64,000 nucleotides of DNA from Candidatus Eiseniibacteriota bacterium (lineage in GTDB: Bacteria; Eisenbacteria; RBG-16-71-46; CAZEPH01). A program made the position numbers and the translations under genes. The DNA lies in contig JBGATO010000002.1 of assembly GCA_044229145.1 (NCBI GenBank), forward strand, positions 1 through 64,000, given 5' to 3'. Below, piece after piece: positions 38,245-47,913 of this stretch; position 1 is the stretch's first letter, and the number at the start of each line of letters is the position of its first letter. The notes under the pieces are model-generated. The model did not search any database and had not been told where the DNA came from. It saw only the letters and a program-made list of their open reading frames with translations.

Positions 38245-40974
38245 CTACCGCAGAGCCGTCACACGGATCGCGTGGCTCGCGCCACCGACCGTCATGCGGA
38301 TCACGTACACACCCGCCGGCAGCGTCGAGTTGCCCGCGGCCTTGAGCGTGAACGGCAGCGCGTGGGCGCCGGCGTTCTGCGGCCCGTTGGCCAGCGTGCG
38401 CACCTTCTGGCCGGCGAGGTTGTACACCTCGACCGACACCTGCGCGTTACGCGACAGCGTGTAGGCGATCGTGGTGCCGCCGAGGAACGGGTTGCGGCCC
38501 GTCGCGCGGAGGCTGAGCGTCGACTTGCTGTCCGGCGCCTCTTCGATCACGCCCTGCGCGTCGGTGGTGACGCAGTTGCCACAGCCCATCGTCACCGCGT
38601 TGATGACGACGTTGTCGATCCACACGCCCTGGGTCGCGGCGCTGGCGTCGCTCGCCATCGAGAAGCGCGGCGTGAAGGTGTGACCGGCCATGCCCGGGAT
38701 GCGCAGGTGCGAGTGCTTCCAGCCGCCCGACGATCCGCCCCAGCCCTGACGGTCGCCCTGGCTGGTGCCGCCCGTGTTGCGGGTGACGTAGTGGTCGTAG
38801 CGCAGCGACATGTCGATGGCGTCGGCGCTCGCGAAGTGCGACGCGCTGCCGTCCACCGCGTACTCGAACGACGCCGCGTCGAAGGCGAGACGCGAGTCCT
38901 GAACTTCGGTGTCGTACTTGATGTCGAAGTCGACGTCGAGGTAGGTGGTGCCGGCCGGCACCGCCAGCGTGGTCGCGTACAGACGGCCGAAGGTGGTCTT
39001 CGTGCTGTCGGTGGCGAAACACGCGTTGGGCTGCGACGGCGCGGTCGCGTCGACCACCGAGCGCCAGTTGAGCGCCGGGCAGGTCGAGCAGCCGTTGATG
39101 CGCGACCAGCCGGCCGGGACGTTCGGCAGCGTGAGCGCGTCGAAGTTCTCGCTGAGCAGCGTGGTCGTGCTGGCCACCACGCCGGTGCGGAGCGTGAACT
39201 CCTGGTAGGTGCTCGCCATGCCGGCCGCAGCGATGTCGAGGTGCAGCTTCACGTCCTGACCGCACGGGAAGCCCGGCGCCAGGCTGACGACGAACGGCAG
39301 CGAGTTGCTGGTCGTCGCGCCCGAGAGCACGTCGGCGTAGGTCGAGCTGCCGTTGGTGATCGACACGCCCGCGGTGATCGCGGTGAGCGTCGCCGAGATG
39401 CCGGTGACCGCCGTGCGACCGATGTTCTGCAGCGGAATCGCCAGCGTCGCGACTTCACCGGCCACGAGGAAGCCGTCGTTCGCGCCACAGCCCTGGTCGG
39501 TGAAGGTCACCGCGCCCGGACGAATGCGCAGCGGCACCACCTGACCGAGGTCCTGCACCAGCGTGCCCAGCGGGTCCGCGGCGGTGCTGAACGGGTTCAC
39601 GTCGGCGAAGCCGGCCGACGTCGCGTAGGCATTGAGCGAGCCCTGCGCGCCGGCGGCGTCGATGTAGTCACCCTGGTGCGGCGCCGAGAAGTTGTTGCCC
39701 GACTCGTTGTGCCACGGGGTCGAGTTGACCGGCACCGGCGACGACCAGTTGGCGCCTGCGTCCGTCGACCAGGTGTAGAACAGGTCGGTCCAGTCGTCGT
39801 TGCCGGTACCGCACGACTGGTCGTACCAGAACACGTCGACGCGGCCGTTGCTGGCACACGCCACCGTCGGGAACACCTGCGGGCGGTCGTTGCCCGGGAA
39901 GGCGTTGAGGTAGACGGCCGGCGCGAACGTCGCACCGTGGTCGCTCGACTTGATGAAGCGCACGTCCTGCAGGTCGCCGTTGGTGAAGCCGTTGTTCGAC
40001 CCGGCGTGGACGATGTAGAGGTCGCCGTTGGTCGGGCTCACCGTGCAGCTCGGGTACGAGTTGTAGCGGTCGAAGCCGTACGGCGGGATGACGTTGGTGT
40101 AGGTGTCGGCGATGACCGCCGCGCCCCACGTCGCGCCATTGTCCGGCGAGCGCACGACGTTGGTCTTGCCCGAGCTGTACCAGACGACGTAGACGTCGCC
40201 GCTGTTCGGGTCAGCCGCCACGCACGAACCCTGGCCGTTGCTGCCGTACGTCGCGTACGGCGACCACGTCACGCCCTGGTCGTCCGAGTAGGTGACGCGC
40301 ATCGAGTTGGTGCCCGAGGTCGGGAAGTCCGTCCACGAGCAGAACAGGCGGCCGGTTTCCTTGTCGACGGTGATCCATTCCTTGTCGGCGGAACGGCCGC
40401 TGACGTTGGCGACGCTCACCTCGAACGGGCCCTGCCACGTGGCGCCGCCGTCGGTCGAACGGTGCACGCACAGCGTCTGGCGCGCGAGCGAGTTGCGGAA
40501 GATCGACGCGTAGTAGAAGACGCTCGGGCCACCGGCCGGCGGCGTCCACACCGCGAGCACCGGGTCACCGAAGACGTTCTGGCCGGACCCGATCGGCAGT
40601 TGGCCGCCGTCGGTGAAGGTGTTGCCCCCGTCCACCGAGCGGAACACGCCCGACACCGAGGTCGAACCGCGGAAGTCGTTCGCGCCGAGGATGATGGTGT
40701 CCCCGGCCACCGCGATCGACATTTCGCTCTGGATGTTGGAAACCGCCAGCTGCCCGAGGTTTCCGATCGGGCCAAGGCGACGGTGCGGCTGCAACCCGAT
40801 CATCCGGTCCGCTTCGGTGACGCGGCCGTCGAAGGCCGGCACGAACGGTTCGGGCTGCGGGTTGTTCTGTGGGGTGTATGCGTGGGCCGAGACGAGGGAC
40901 AGGCCGAGCGCGCAAACGCTCGCGGCGGCCACCAGTCCGATGCTCACGCGTCCACGGCGAATGCCAGAACGCAT
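38245..40974 (-). CDS. Secreted BNR/Asp-box propeller + Ig-like + MAM-like + FlgD-like protein (paralog 1)
   Basis: Collinear with 35265-37979; six Asp-boxes; GGAGGAG RBS. Confidence 0.85.
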   Translation of the reverse strand: MRSGIRRGRVSIGLVAAASVCALGLSLVSAHAYTPQNNPQPEPFVPAFDGRVTEADRMIGLQPHRRLGPIGNLGQLAVSNIQSEMSIAVAGDTIILGANDFRGSTSVSGVFRSVDGGNTFTDGGQLPIGSGQNVFGDPVLAVWTPPAGGPSVFYYASIFRNSLARQTLCVHRSTDGGATWQGPFEVSVANVSGRSADKEWITVDKETGRLFCSWTDFPTSGTNSMRVTYSDDQGVTWSPYATYGSNGQGSCVAADPNSGDVYVVWYSSGKTNVVRSPDNGATWGAAVIADTYTNVIPPYGFDRYNSYPSCTVSPTNGDLYIVHAGSNNGFTNGDLQDVRFIKSSDHGATFAPAVYLNAFPGNDRPQVFPTVACASNGRVDVFWYDQSCGTGNDDWTDLFYTWSTDAGANWSSPVPVNSTPWHNESGNNFSAPHQGDYIDAAGAQGSLNAYATSAGFADVNPFSTAADPLGTLVQDLGQVVPLRIRPGAVTFTDQGCGANDGFLVAGEVATLAIPLQNIGRTAVTGISATLTAITAGVSITNGSSTYADVLSGATTSNSLPFVVSLAPGFPCGQDVKLHLDIAAAGMASTYQEFTLRTGVVASTTTLLSENFDALTLPNVPAGWSRINGCSTCPALNWRSVVDATAPSQPNACFATDSTKTTFGRLYATTLAVPAGTTYLDVDFDIKYDTEVQDSRLAFDAASFEYAVDGSASHFASADAIDMSLRYDHYVTRNTGGTSQGDRQGWGGSSGGWKHSHLRIPGMAGHTFTPRFSMASDASAATQGVWIDNVVINAVTMGCGNCVTTDAQGVIEEAPDSKSTLSLRATGRNPFLGGTTIAYTLSRNAQVSVEVYNLAGQKVRTLANGPQNAGAHALPFTLKAAGNSTLPAGVYVIRMTVGGASHAIRVTALR

Positions 40975-41312
40975 GATGACTCCTCCATACGATGTGGGGA
41001 CGTGTCGTGTGGTGCCAGGCTAGGTGCCGGCCACGTGCCTCGTCAGGATGGGGCGACGATGAGGGCCAGCCACCGTGGATGCTTCCTCGCGGCGCGGTGA
41101 GGTGCCGACCGATGAGGGGAGCGAGTCCGGAGGTGCAATGCGGTCATTCCCGCTGGAGACCGAGGTCCGAGAATTCACGCGAGCGTGTGAACGCAAAATG
41201 AACTCTAGCCCCGTCTCTCAGAGCCCGCAATCGGGAATCGTGACGCGACGGCCGCATTTTACCTGCGGCGCTGGCGCTTGCCTCGACGCCGGGGCCGGGC
41301 GATAGTACCGCC

Positions 41313-41837
41313 ATGCAGCCATCCGTCTCGTCGTCCGCCACACCCGGCTCCACTCCGCTGGTCGCCGTGATCATGGGCAGCACCTCCGATTGGGAGACGA
41401 TGCGCCACGCGGCCGACGTCCTGACCCGCTTCGGCGTGCCGCACGAGACGCGGGTCGTCTCGGCCCACCGGACCCCGGACCTCCTCGCCAGCTTCGCCCG
41501 CGAGGCGGAAGCCCGCGGGCTGGCGGTCATCATCGCCGGAGCGGGGGGCGCGGCGCATTTGCCCGGGATGGTCGCCGCCCACACGACGGTGCCCGTCCTC
41601 GGGGTGCCGGTCGAATCGAAGGCGCTGCACGGCATGGACTCGCTGCTGTCGATCGTCCAGATGCCGGGCGGCGTGCCCGTGGGAACGCTCGCCATCGGTC
41701 CGGCCGGGGCGACGAACGCCGGCCTGCTGGCGGTGGCGATCCTGGCGACCACGCGGCCGGCGCTCCGCGAGGCGCTGCGGGAGTTCCGCGCCGAGCAGAC
41801 GGCGACCGTGCTCGCCCAGAGCTTGCCGCCGTCATGA
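41313..41837 (+). CDS. purE: N5-CAIR mutase
   Basis: [31 protein letters not shown]. Confidence 0.96.
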   Translation: MQPSVSSSATPGSTPLVAVIMGSTSDWETMRHAADVLTRFGVPHETRVVSAHRTPDLLASFAREAEARGLAVIIAGAGGAAHLPGMVAAHTTVPVLGVPVESKALHGMDSLLSIVQMPGGVPVGTLAIGPAGATNAGLLAVAILATTRPALREALREFRAEQTATVLAQSLPPS

Positions 41838-43081
41838 GCGACGCCCCGGCCGACGCGCCCTCGTCGCCGTTCGCCTCCACGCTGCCCGACCCTGCCGCGC
41901 CGTCGCTGCGCCGGCCCGCCAAGCGCGCGCTGTCGGATGTCGCCCCGATCCTGCCAGGTTCGGCCATCGGCGTGCTCGGCAGCGGGCAACTCGGACGCAT
42001 GTTCGCGATCGCCGCCCGCCGCATGGGCTACCGCGTCCACACCTTCTCGCCGGACGCCGACACGCCCACGGGACAGGTTTCCGACGTGGAAGTGCGGGCG
42101 GATTTCGATGACCTCGACGCGGTGCGGCGGTTCGCCCGCGGGGTGGCCGTGGTGACCTTCGAGTTCGAGAACGTGCCGTTCGCGGCGACGCAGGCGGCGG
42201 CCGAGTGCGCGCCGGTGCGGCCGGACGGCTCGGTGCTCTACACGACGCAGCACCGTCTGCGCGAGAAGACCTTCCTGGCGGCCGGCGGCTTTCCGGTGGC
42301 GCCGTGGCGGCCGGTGCGCTCCCTGGCGGACCTCCAGTCGGCGATCGCCGAGATCGGTCTGCCGGCGGTGCTCAAGACGGCCGGCTTCGGCTACGACGGC
42401 AAGGGCCAGACGCTGCTGCGCGATGCCGCCGAGGCGGCCCCCGCCTGGGACGCGTGCGGCGGGCAAGAGATGGTGCTCGAAGGATTTGTCGACTTCGTCG
42501 GCGAGGTCTCGGTGGTGGTGGCGCGCGGGCTCGACGGCCAGGTCGCGCACTGGGGCGCGGTGGACAACGCGCACCGGCATCACATCTTGGACGTCTCGGT
42601 GTCCCCATCGTCGCTGCCACCGGCGCTCGAGGCCGAGGCGTGCGAGATGGCGGTGACGCTGGCGGAGTCGCTTGGCGTGGTCGGCATCCTGTGCGTCGAG
42701 ATGTTTCACACCCGAGACGGCCGGCTCCTAGTCAATGAACTGGCGCCGCGGCCGCACAACAGCGGGCACTTCACCTTCGACGCGTCGGTCACCAGCCAGT
42801 TCGAGCAGCAGTTACGGGCGTCTTGCGGTCTGCCGCTGGGGTCGACACGGCTGCTGGCCGCAGCGGCGATGGCCAACCTGCTCGGCGATCTGTGGCAGGC
42901 CGGCGAGCCCGATTGGGTGGCCGCCGCGGCGCACGACGATGTCAAACTCCATCTTTATGGCAAGCTTCTGCCGCGTCCGGGGCGTAAAATGGGACACATG
43001 ACGGCGCTGGCCGGCTCCCCCGGCGAAGCGCGCGCCCGCGCCCTGGCGGCCCGGGCGAGCCTGACGTCGGATCGCGGCTGA
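41834..43081 (+). CDS. purK: N5-CAIR synthase
   Basis: [38 protein letters not shown]. Confidence 0.96.
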   Translation: MSDAPADAPSSPFASTLPDPAAPSLRRPAKRALSDVAPILPGSAIGVLGSGQLGRMFAIAARRMGYRVHTFSPDADTPTGQVSDVEVRADFDDLDAVRRFARGVAVVTFEFENVPFAATQAAAECAPVRPDGSVLYTTQHRLREKTFLAAGGFPVAPWRPVRSLADLQSAIAEIGLPAVLKTAGFGYDGKGQTLLRDAAEAAPAWDACGGQEMVLEGFVDFVGEVSVVVARGLDGQVAHWGAVDNAHRHHILDVSVSPSSLPPALEAEACEMAVTLAESLGVVGILCVEMFHTRDGRLLVNELAPRPHNSGHFTFDASVTSQFEQQLRASCGLPLGSTRLLAAAAMANLLGDLWQAGEPDWVAAAAHDDVKLHLYGKLLPRPGRKMGHMTALAGSPGEARARALAARASLTSDRG

Positions 43082-43133
43082 GCTCCCGCCGCATCTGGCC
43101 CGCGCGTCGGTCACCACGCCCAGGACTGCTCCC

Positions 43134-43592
43134 ATGCTCGTGCGCCCGTCGCTTCGCCTGCCGCCACGCCTGCCGCGTCTGTTCGCCGCCATGTTCGTGA
43201 TCACCTTCGTCGGGAGCTGGCTGACGCTTTGGCCGATCACCTACGGGCTCGGGGCGACGCACAAGCTGTCGGCGCGCACCGGTGTGCTCACCGGCCACGT
43301 GCTGATCGGGCCGTTGACGCCGGTGCAGAAAGCGGATGAGCCGCCGGCGGCCGTGCCCGCGGCGATGTTCACCAGCCGCTTCGTCGTCGTCCGCCGCGTC
43401 GCGGACGGCCCGGTGGTCGTGAAGGCGCGGCTGCGCGCCGACGGCTCCTACCGCGTGCGCCTGTTGCCCGGGACGTACCTCGTGGACATCGAGCCGGGCG
43501 GCTTCGAGAAGGGCAAGGGCCCGCAGTCCGTCACCATCACGCGCGGCGGCCAGGCGTCCGCCGACTTCGACATCGACACGGGGATTCGTTGA
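43134..43592 (+). CDS. Membrane-anchored protein with a carboxypeptidase-regulatory/prealbumin-like fold
   Basis: N-terminal TM; DGSYRVRLLPGTYLV; C-terminal IDTGIR. Confidence 0.6.
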   Translation: MLVRPSLRLPPRLPRLFAAMFVITFVGSWLTLWPITYGLGATHKLSARTGVLTGHVLIGPLTPVQKADEPPAAVPAAMFTSRFVVVRRVADGPVVVKARLRADGSYRVRLLPGTYLVDIEPGGFEKGKGPQSVTITRGGQASADFDIDTGIR

Positions 43593-44104
43593 TGCACTAC
43601 ATGCTGCGTGCCGAGGCCGGCGATCAGATCGATCGCTGGCTACAGGCGTTCGAAGGTTTCGTATACGCCGGCGCGCCCGGCCCGTCGTCTCCCGCCGTCT
43701 CGCTGATCCTGCGCCACGATCCGCACGCCGACTGCTTCCTGTTCGACTGGCCCGAGACGTCGGAGGCGGTGCTGGCGCGGGCGCAGGCGTCCCTGCCCGG
43801 TCCGGTGCAACTCTATCAGCACGAATCGTTGGAGCCCGAGTTGGAGTTGACGCGGCTCGCCGCGCAGGCTCGCCGCGTGCTGACGACGCACTTCGAGGAC
43901 GAGAGCCGCAAGGAAGCGTTCTTCCGCGAGCTCGTGCATCCGGCGCTCAACGGCCTCGGCGACACGCTGTGGTCGGCGATGCAGTTCCATCTCAACTGCG
44001 CGCTCTCGACCGCGCACTCGATGGACGAAGGCCTGGCGAACCGCCTGGGCGAATCGATGCGCGACGTGCTGGAGTCCTACGTGGGCGGGACGATGGAGGT
44101 GTAG
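43592..44104 (+). CDS. Hypothetical protein
   Basis: TGATG coupling, plausible codon usage, acidic helical composition. Confidence 0.6.
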   Translation: MHYMLRAEAGDQIDRWLQAFEGFVYAGAPGPSSPAVSLILRHDPHADCFLFDWPETSEAVLARAQASLPGPVQLYQHESLEPELELTRLAAQARRVLTTHFEDESRKEAFFRELVHPALNGLGDTLWSAMQFHLNCALSTAHSMDEGLANRLGESMRDVLESYVGGTMEV

Positions 44105-44115
44105 CACACGCACAA

Positions 44116-44145
44116 CGCCCCGCGGCCGGTGAGGACCGCGGGGCG
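44116..44145. terminator. Hairpin between convergent genes
   Basis: CGCCCCGCGG-N10-CCGCGGGGCG. Confidence 0.55.
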
Positions 44146-44168
44146 CCGTCGTGCGTTCGTGTGGGCAG

Positions 44169-44741
44169 CTACTTCGTGTTGAAGTCCACCTTCGGCGTTT
44201 CCTTCGCCGCTTCGCTGACCTTGTAGAACGGCTCCTGCGCGAAGCGGAAGATCCCGGCGAAGATGTTGGTCGGGAAGCGCTGCACCCGCGCGTTGAAGGC
44301 GCCGACGAGGTCGTTGTAGCGCCCGCGCTCAACCGCAAGTTTGTTCTCGGTGTTCGCCAGTTCGTCCTGCAGCGCCAGGAAGTTCTCCTGCGACTTGAGC
44401 TGCGGGTAGTTCTCGACGACGAGCAACAGACGCGACAGCGCCGAGTCCATCGCCTGGCCGGCGGCGATCTTGTCGGACGGCGTGCGCGCGCCGCCGTACT
44501 GCGTGCGGGCGTCGGCGATCGCCTTGAACACCGTCTGCTCCTGCTGCGCGAAGCCCTTCACCGTCGCCACGAGGTTCGGGATCAGAGCGTTACGGCGCTC
44601 GAGCTGGACGTCGACCTGCGCGAACTGCGTCTGCACCTGGGTGCGGCCGTTGACGAGACCGTTGTACTGGCCCACGCCACATCCGCCGATCAGCAGAAGT
44701 AGGCCCAGGACGACCACGATCGGAACGAGAGCTTTGCCCAT
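44169..44741 (-). CDS. lemA: LemA family protein
   Basis: YNGL, RRNALIPNLV, ENYPQLKS, TENKL, FPTNI. Confidence 0.93.
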   Translation of the reverse strand: MGKALVPIVVVLGLLLLIGGCGVGQYNGLVNGRTQVQTQFAQVDVQLERRNALIPNLVATVKGFAQQEQTVFKAIADARTQYGGARTPSDKIAAGQAMDSALSRLLLVVENYPQLKSQENFLALQDELANTENKLAVERGRYNDLVGAFNARVQRFPTNIFAGIFRFAQEPFYKVSEAAKETPKVDFNTK

Positions 44742-44822
44742 CTGACGTCACGCCTCCTTGAGTTTGCCTCCGCGGCTCCGATGCATTCGGAGTGCGCGGT
44801 GATGCAGAAAAACCGTGTGTCG

Positions 44823-45779
44823 CTACCAGCCGCCGCTGGCGCCGCCGCCGCCGGAGCGGCCGCCGCCGAAGCCTCCGAAGCCGCCGCCGCTGAAACCGCC
44901 GCCGCCGCCGAAGCTGCCGCCGCGCCCGCCGCCGCTCAGGCTGTTGAGCACCGCCAGAGCGAGCCAGGCGTTGCCCAGACCGCCGCCGCCACCACCACCT
45001 CCGCGCCCTCCGCCGCCACGCCGTCCGCGCGAGCCCAGCACCAGCAGGGCGATGAAGATGAAGAAGATGATCTGCCCGAGACTGCTGCCGCGATGCCGCA
45101 CGCGCGGCTCCTCCGGCGCCTGCGGCACCGCGCCGCTCGGCATCGGCGCGGCGACGCCCTTCTCGGCCGCCACGTACTTCACCGCTTCGACGGTGCCGGC
45201 AAGCAGTCCGCCACCGTAGTCGCCCTGCCGGAACAGCGGCGCGATGGTGTTGCGGATGATGCGGCCGCAGCGCGCCGCGGTGAGGGCGGGCTCGAGTCCG
45301 TAGCCGGTCTCGATGCGCATCAGGCGATCGTTCACCGCGACGAGGATCAGCAGCCCTTCGTCCTGCTTGTTGCCGATGCCCCACTTCTCGAACAGCTTCA
45401 CCGCGTATTCGTCGATGCCTTGCGTGCCGGCGCTCGGGATCGTCACCACGGCGATCTGCGTGCCGAGTTGCTGCGCGACGTCGGTGCAGTACTGCTCGAT
45501 CGTCGCGCGCGCCTCGGCGTCGAGCACGTTGGCGGCATCGGTGACGTAGCCCTCGGGCGTGCCGAGCAGCGCCGCTTCCTCGGTGGGCGCCGGTCCGCGC
45601 CGCGCGCGTGGCGCCGCGGTAGTGCTGTCGATGGCCTGGCGCGCCGTCTGCACGGTCTGGCGCACCAGATCGACCGCGGTCTGGGCACGCGGCGTGGCGA
45701 AGCTGGCGAGCAGCGCGACGACGACGAGCAGCGACGCAACGAGACGCGACGGCGCGAGGCGCCGTGACTCTGGCCTCAT
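44823..45779 (-). CDS. TPM-domain (YgcG-like) protein with Gly-rich tail
   Basis: YVTDAANVL, WGIG, RIETGYGLE, GGGRSGGGGASGGW. Confidence 0.9.
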   Translation of the reverse strand: MRPESRRLAPSRLVASLLVVVALLASFATPRAQTAVDLVRQTVQTARQAIDSTTAAPRARRGPAPTEEAALLGTPEGYVTDAANVLDAEARATIEQYCTDVAQQLGTQIAVVTIPSAGTQGIDEYAVKLFEKWGIGNKQDEGLLILVAVNDRLMRIETGYGLEPALTAARCGRIIRNTIAPLFRQGDYGGGLLAGTVEAVKYVAAEKGVAAPMPSGAVPQAPEEPRVRHRGSSLGQIIFFIFIALLVLGSRGRRGGGGRGGGGGGGGLGNAWLALAVLNSLSGGGRGGSFGGGGGFSGGGFGGFGGGRSGGGGASGGW

Positions 45780-45783
45780 CGTG

Positions 45784-46551
45784 TTATCCGACCTGCGTGT
45801 GGTCGACGGCGTCGACGAGGGCGGCGAGCGCATCGATGTACGCCGCGAGCCGGCGGCGCGCCGCGGCATCGTCGGCCGGCGACCGGCGCGCCGCGAACGG
45901 CGCCGCGAGACCTTCCGGGTCGACGCTGTAGGCGCGCGCCACGGCCGCCGCGAGCGCCTCGCGCCCTTCGACCTGCGGCAGGCCGCGCAGCGTCAGCAGG
46001 TGGCGGAACAGCACCGCCGATCCGCCGGCCGCCTGCGCGGTGAGCGATTGCGCCGCGCCGCGCTCGGCGCCGCTGAGCAGATACGCCTGCCGCAACGTCA
46101 CCAACTTCGAGCGCAGCTCGAACTCGCACTGATGGCGCAGGTTGTCGGCCGACACCGTCGCCGCGGCGAGCACGTCCTCGCCGTCGAGCAACGCGCGGCG
46201 CTGCCCGAAGTCGAGGAACTCGAGCGGGAACACATCGCGCGAGTTGGCGATTTGGCGCTGCGTGAGCACGAGCGGCGAAAAGCGCAGGCGCCCGCTGGAG
46301 TGCGCCGCGGGATCGCCGAGACGCGCCGCGCAGGTTTCCAGCGTGGCGAACGGCAGATCGCTCAGCACGACGAGCACGTTGACGTCGCTCACCGACGCGT
46401 CGAAGCCCGGTTCGAGCACGCTGCCATACAGATACAGCGCGCGGAAGCGGTCGCCGGCGGCGGCGAGGAGCGGCTTGATCCACGCGCGGGTCGCGGTGGC
46501 GATGTCATCGGGGGCGCGCAGGGGCGCCGCCGGAAGCGGAAGTTGTGTCAT
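45784..46551 (-). CDS. Nucleotidyltransferase-fold protein
   Basis: LYLYGS-x10-SDVNVLVV; DVFPLEF; LRHQCEFELR. Confidence 0.75.
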   Translation of the reverse strand: MTQLPLPAAPLRAPDDIATATRAWIKPLLAAAGDRFRALYLYGSVLEPGFDASVSDVNVLVVLSDLPFATLETCAARLGDPAAHSSGRLRFSPLVLTQRQIANSRDVFPLEFLDFGQRRALLDGEDVLAAATVSADNLRHQCEFELRSKLVTLRQAYLLSGAERGAAQSLTAQAAGGSAVLFRHLLTLRGLPQVEGREALAAAVARAYSVDPEGLAAPFAARRSPADDAAARRRLAAYIDALAALVDAVDHTQVG

Positions 46552-46698
46552 GGCCGAAAGCCTACGAGTGCCTCCGAGGACTGGCAAGCGAATGCGGACG
46601 AACGGTGCCAGTGAACGGACCAGTGGCAGGGATGGTTGCAGGAATCGACGCAGCCGACCGCTTGACGCGTGACGCCGCGCGCCCCACGCTCCGCGCCG

Positions 46699-47913
46699 AT
46701 GACGCCCGCCACCATCCGCGACGCCCGCCTGCTCTACGCCTCCGCCTTCGTGCGCGCCTTCGCCACCGGCATGCTCGGTGTGTTGATGGGCGTGCAGTTG
46801 GCGCGGCAAGGATTCGACGCGTCGCGGATCGGCGTGATCGTCGCGTGCGGCTTGGCCGGCGCGGCGGCGGCCAGCGTGGTGGCGACTTTCGGCGCAGACC
46901 GCCTCGGGCGCCGTCGGCTGCTCATCGCCCTGGCGGTGCTCGGGGCGGCGGGCGCGCTTGGGCTCGCGGCGTCGTCGGGCATGGCGATGGCGATCGCCGC
47001 GGCGACGCTCGGCATGCTCAATGGCATGGGACGTGATCGCGGCGCGGCGCTGATCCTCGAGCAGGCGATCTTGCCGTCGCTCACCACCGACGCGACCCGG
47101 ACCATCGCCTTCGCGCGCTACAACATCGCGCAGGACGCGGGGCATGCGCTCGGCGGTCTCGCGGCGGGCATTCCGGCAGTGTTGGCGGCGCACACGTCGC
47201 TGAGCGAGGTGGCGGCGGGGCGCGTGATGACCCTGGCGTATGCGCCGTTGGTCCTCGCCGCGATCCCGCTGTACCTCGCGTTGTCTCCGGCCATCGCCGC
47301 CGCGCCACGCCCGCCGCGGCGGCGGCTCGATCCGCGCACGCGGTCGCTCCTGTGGCGCATCTCGTCACTGTTCGCGCTCGACAGCCTGGGCGGCGGCTTC
47401 CTCACCACCGCGTTGCTCGGCTACTTCTTCTTCCGCCGCTTCGGCGTCGGCGAGGGCACCATCGCCGTCTTGTTCTTCGCGGCGCGGGTCATGAACGCGC
47501 TGTCGCATCTCGGCGCGGCGTGGCTGGCGCGGCGCATCGGGTTGGTCAACACGATGGTGTTCACGCACATTCCGTCGTCGCTGTTGCTCGTCACGGTAGG
47601 GATGGCGCCGTCGTTCGCGGTGGCGGCGGTGCTGTTCGTGCTGCGCGAAGGACTCGTCGAGATGGATGTGCCGACGCGGCAGTCGTACGTCATGGCGGTG
47701 GTGCCGCCGGAGGATCGCACGCTGGCGTCCGGTGTCACTGGCTTGGTGCGCACGGCGGCGTGGGCGGTGGCGCCGGGATTCGCCGGCTGGGTGATGCAGC
47801 ACGTGGCGTTCGCGGTGCCGCTCTACACCGGCGCGGGGATGAAGATCGTGTATGACGTGCTGTTGTGGCGCGCGTTCCGCGGCGTCAAGCCGCCCGAGGA
47901 GACGCGCGCGTGA
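46699..47913 (+). CDS. MFS transporter
   Basis: ADRLGRRR; about 12 TM; MDVPTRQSY. Confidence 0.88.
   Translation: MTPATIRDARLLYASAFVRAFATGMLGVLMGVQLARQGFDASRIGVIVACGLAGAAAASVVATFGADRLGRRRLLIALAVLGAAGALGLAASSGMAMAIAAATLGMLNGMGRDRGAALILEQAILPSLTTDATRTIAFARYNIAQDAGHALGGLAAGIPAVLAAHTSLSEVAAGRVMTLAYAPLVLAAIPLYLALSPAIAAAPRPPRRRLDPRTRSLLWRISSLFALDSLGGGFLTTALLGYFFFRRFGVGEGTIAVLFFAARVMNALSHLGAAWLARRIGLVNTMVFTHIPSSLLLVTVGMAPSFAVAAVLFVLREGLVEMDVPTRQSYVMAVVPPEDRTLASGVTGLVRTAAWAVAPGFAGWVMQHVAFAVPLYTGAGMKIVYDVLLWRAFRGVKPPEETRA

Noticed and set aside
35265..40974. Calling the paralogs sialidases
   Set aside because: Asp-boxes occur in many propellers, and no FRIP motif or arginine triad was recognised.
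9756..41100. Very long antisense or alternate-frame ORFs (for example 9756-11486, 16339-18498, 30864-32480, 38227-41100)
   Set aside because: Arg/Ala/Gly-rich shadows of real genes, expected at this GC content and codon bias; no motifs.
40975..41312. 338-bp intergenic region as a riboswitch, sRNA or sigma54 promoter
   Set aside because: No recognisable aptamer consensus; the GGAATGACCGCATTGC candidate has the wrong GG-GC spacing.
44823..45030. (GGC)n-like low-complexity tract
   Set aside because: It encodes the usual Gly-rich tail of TPM-domain proteins.
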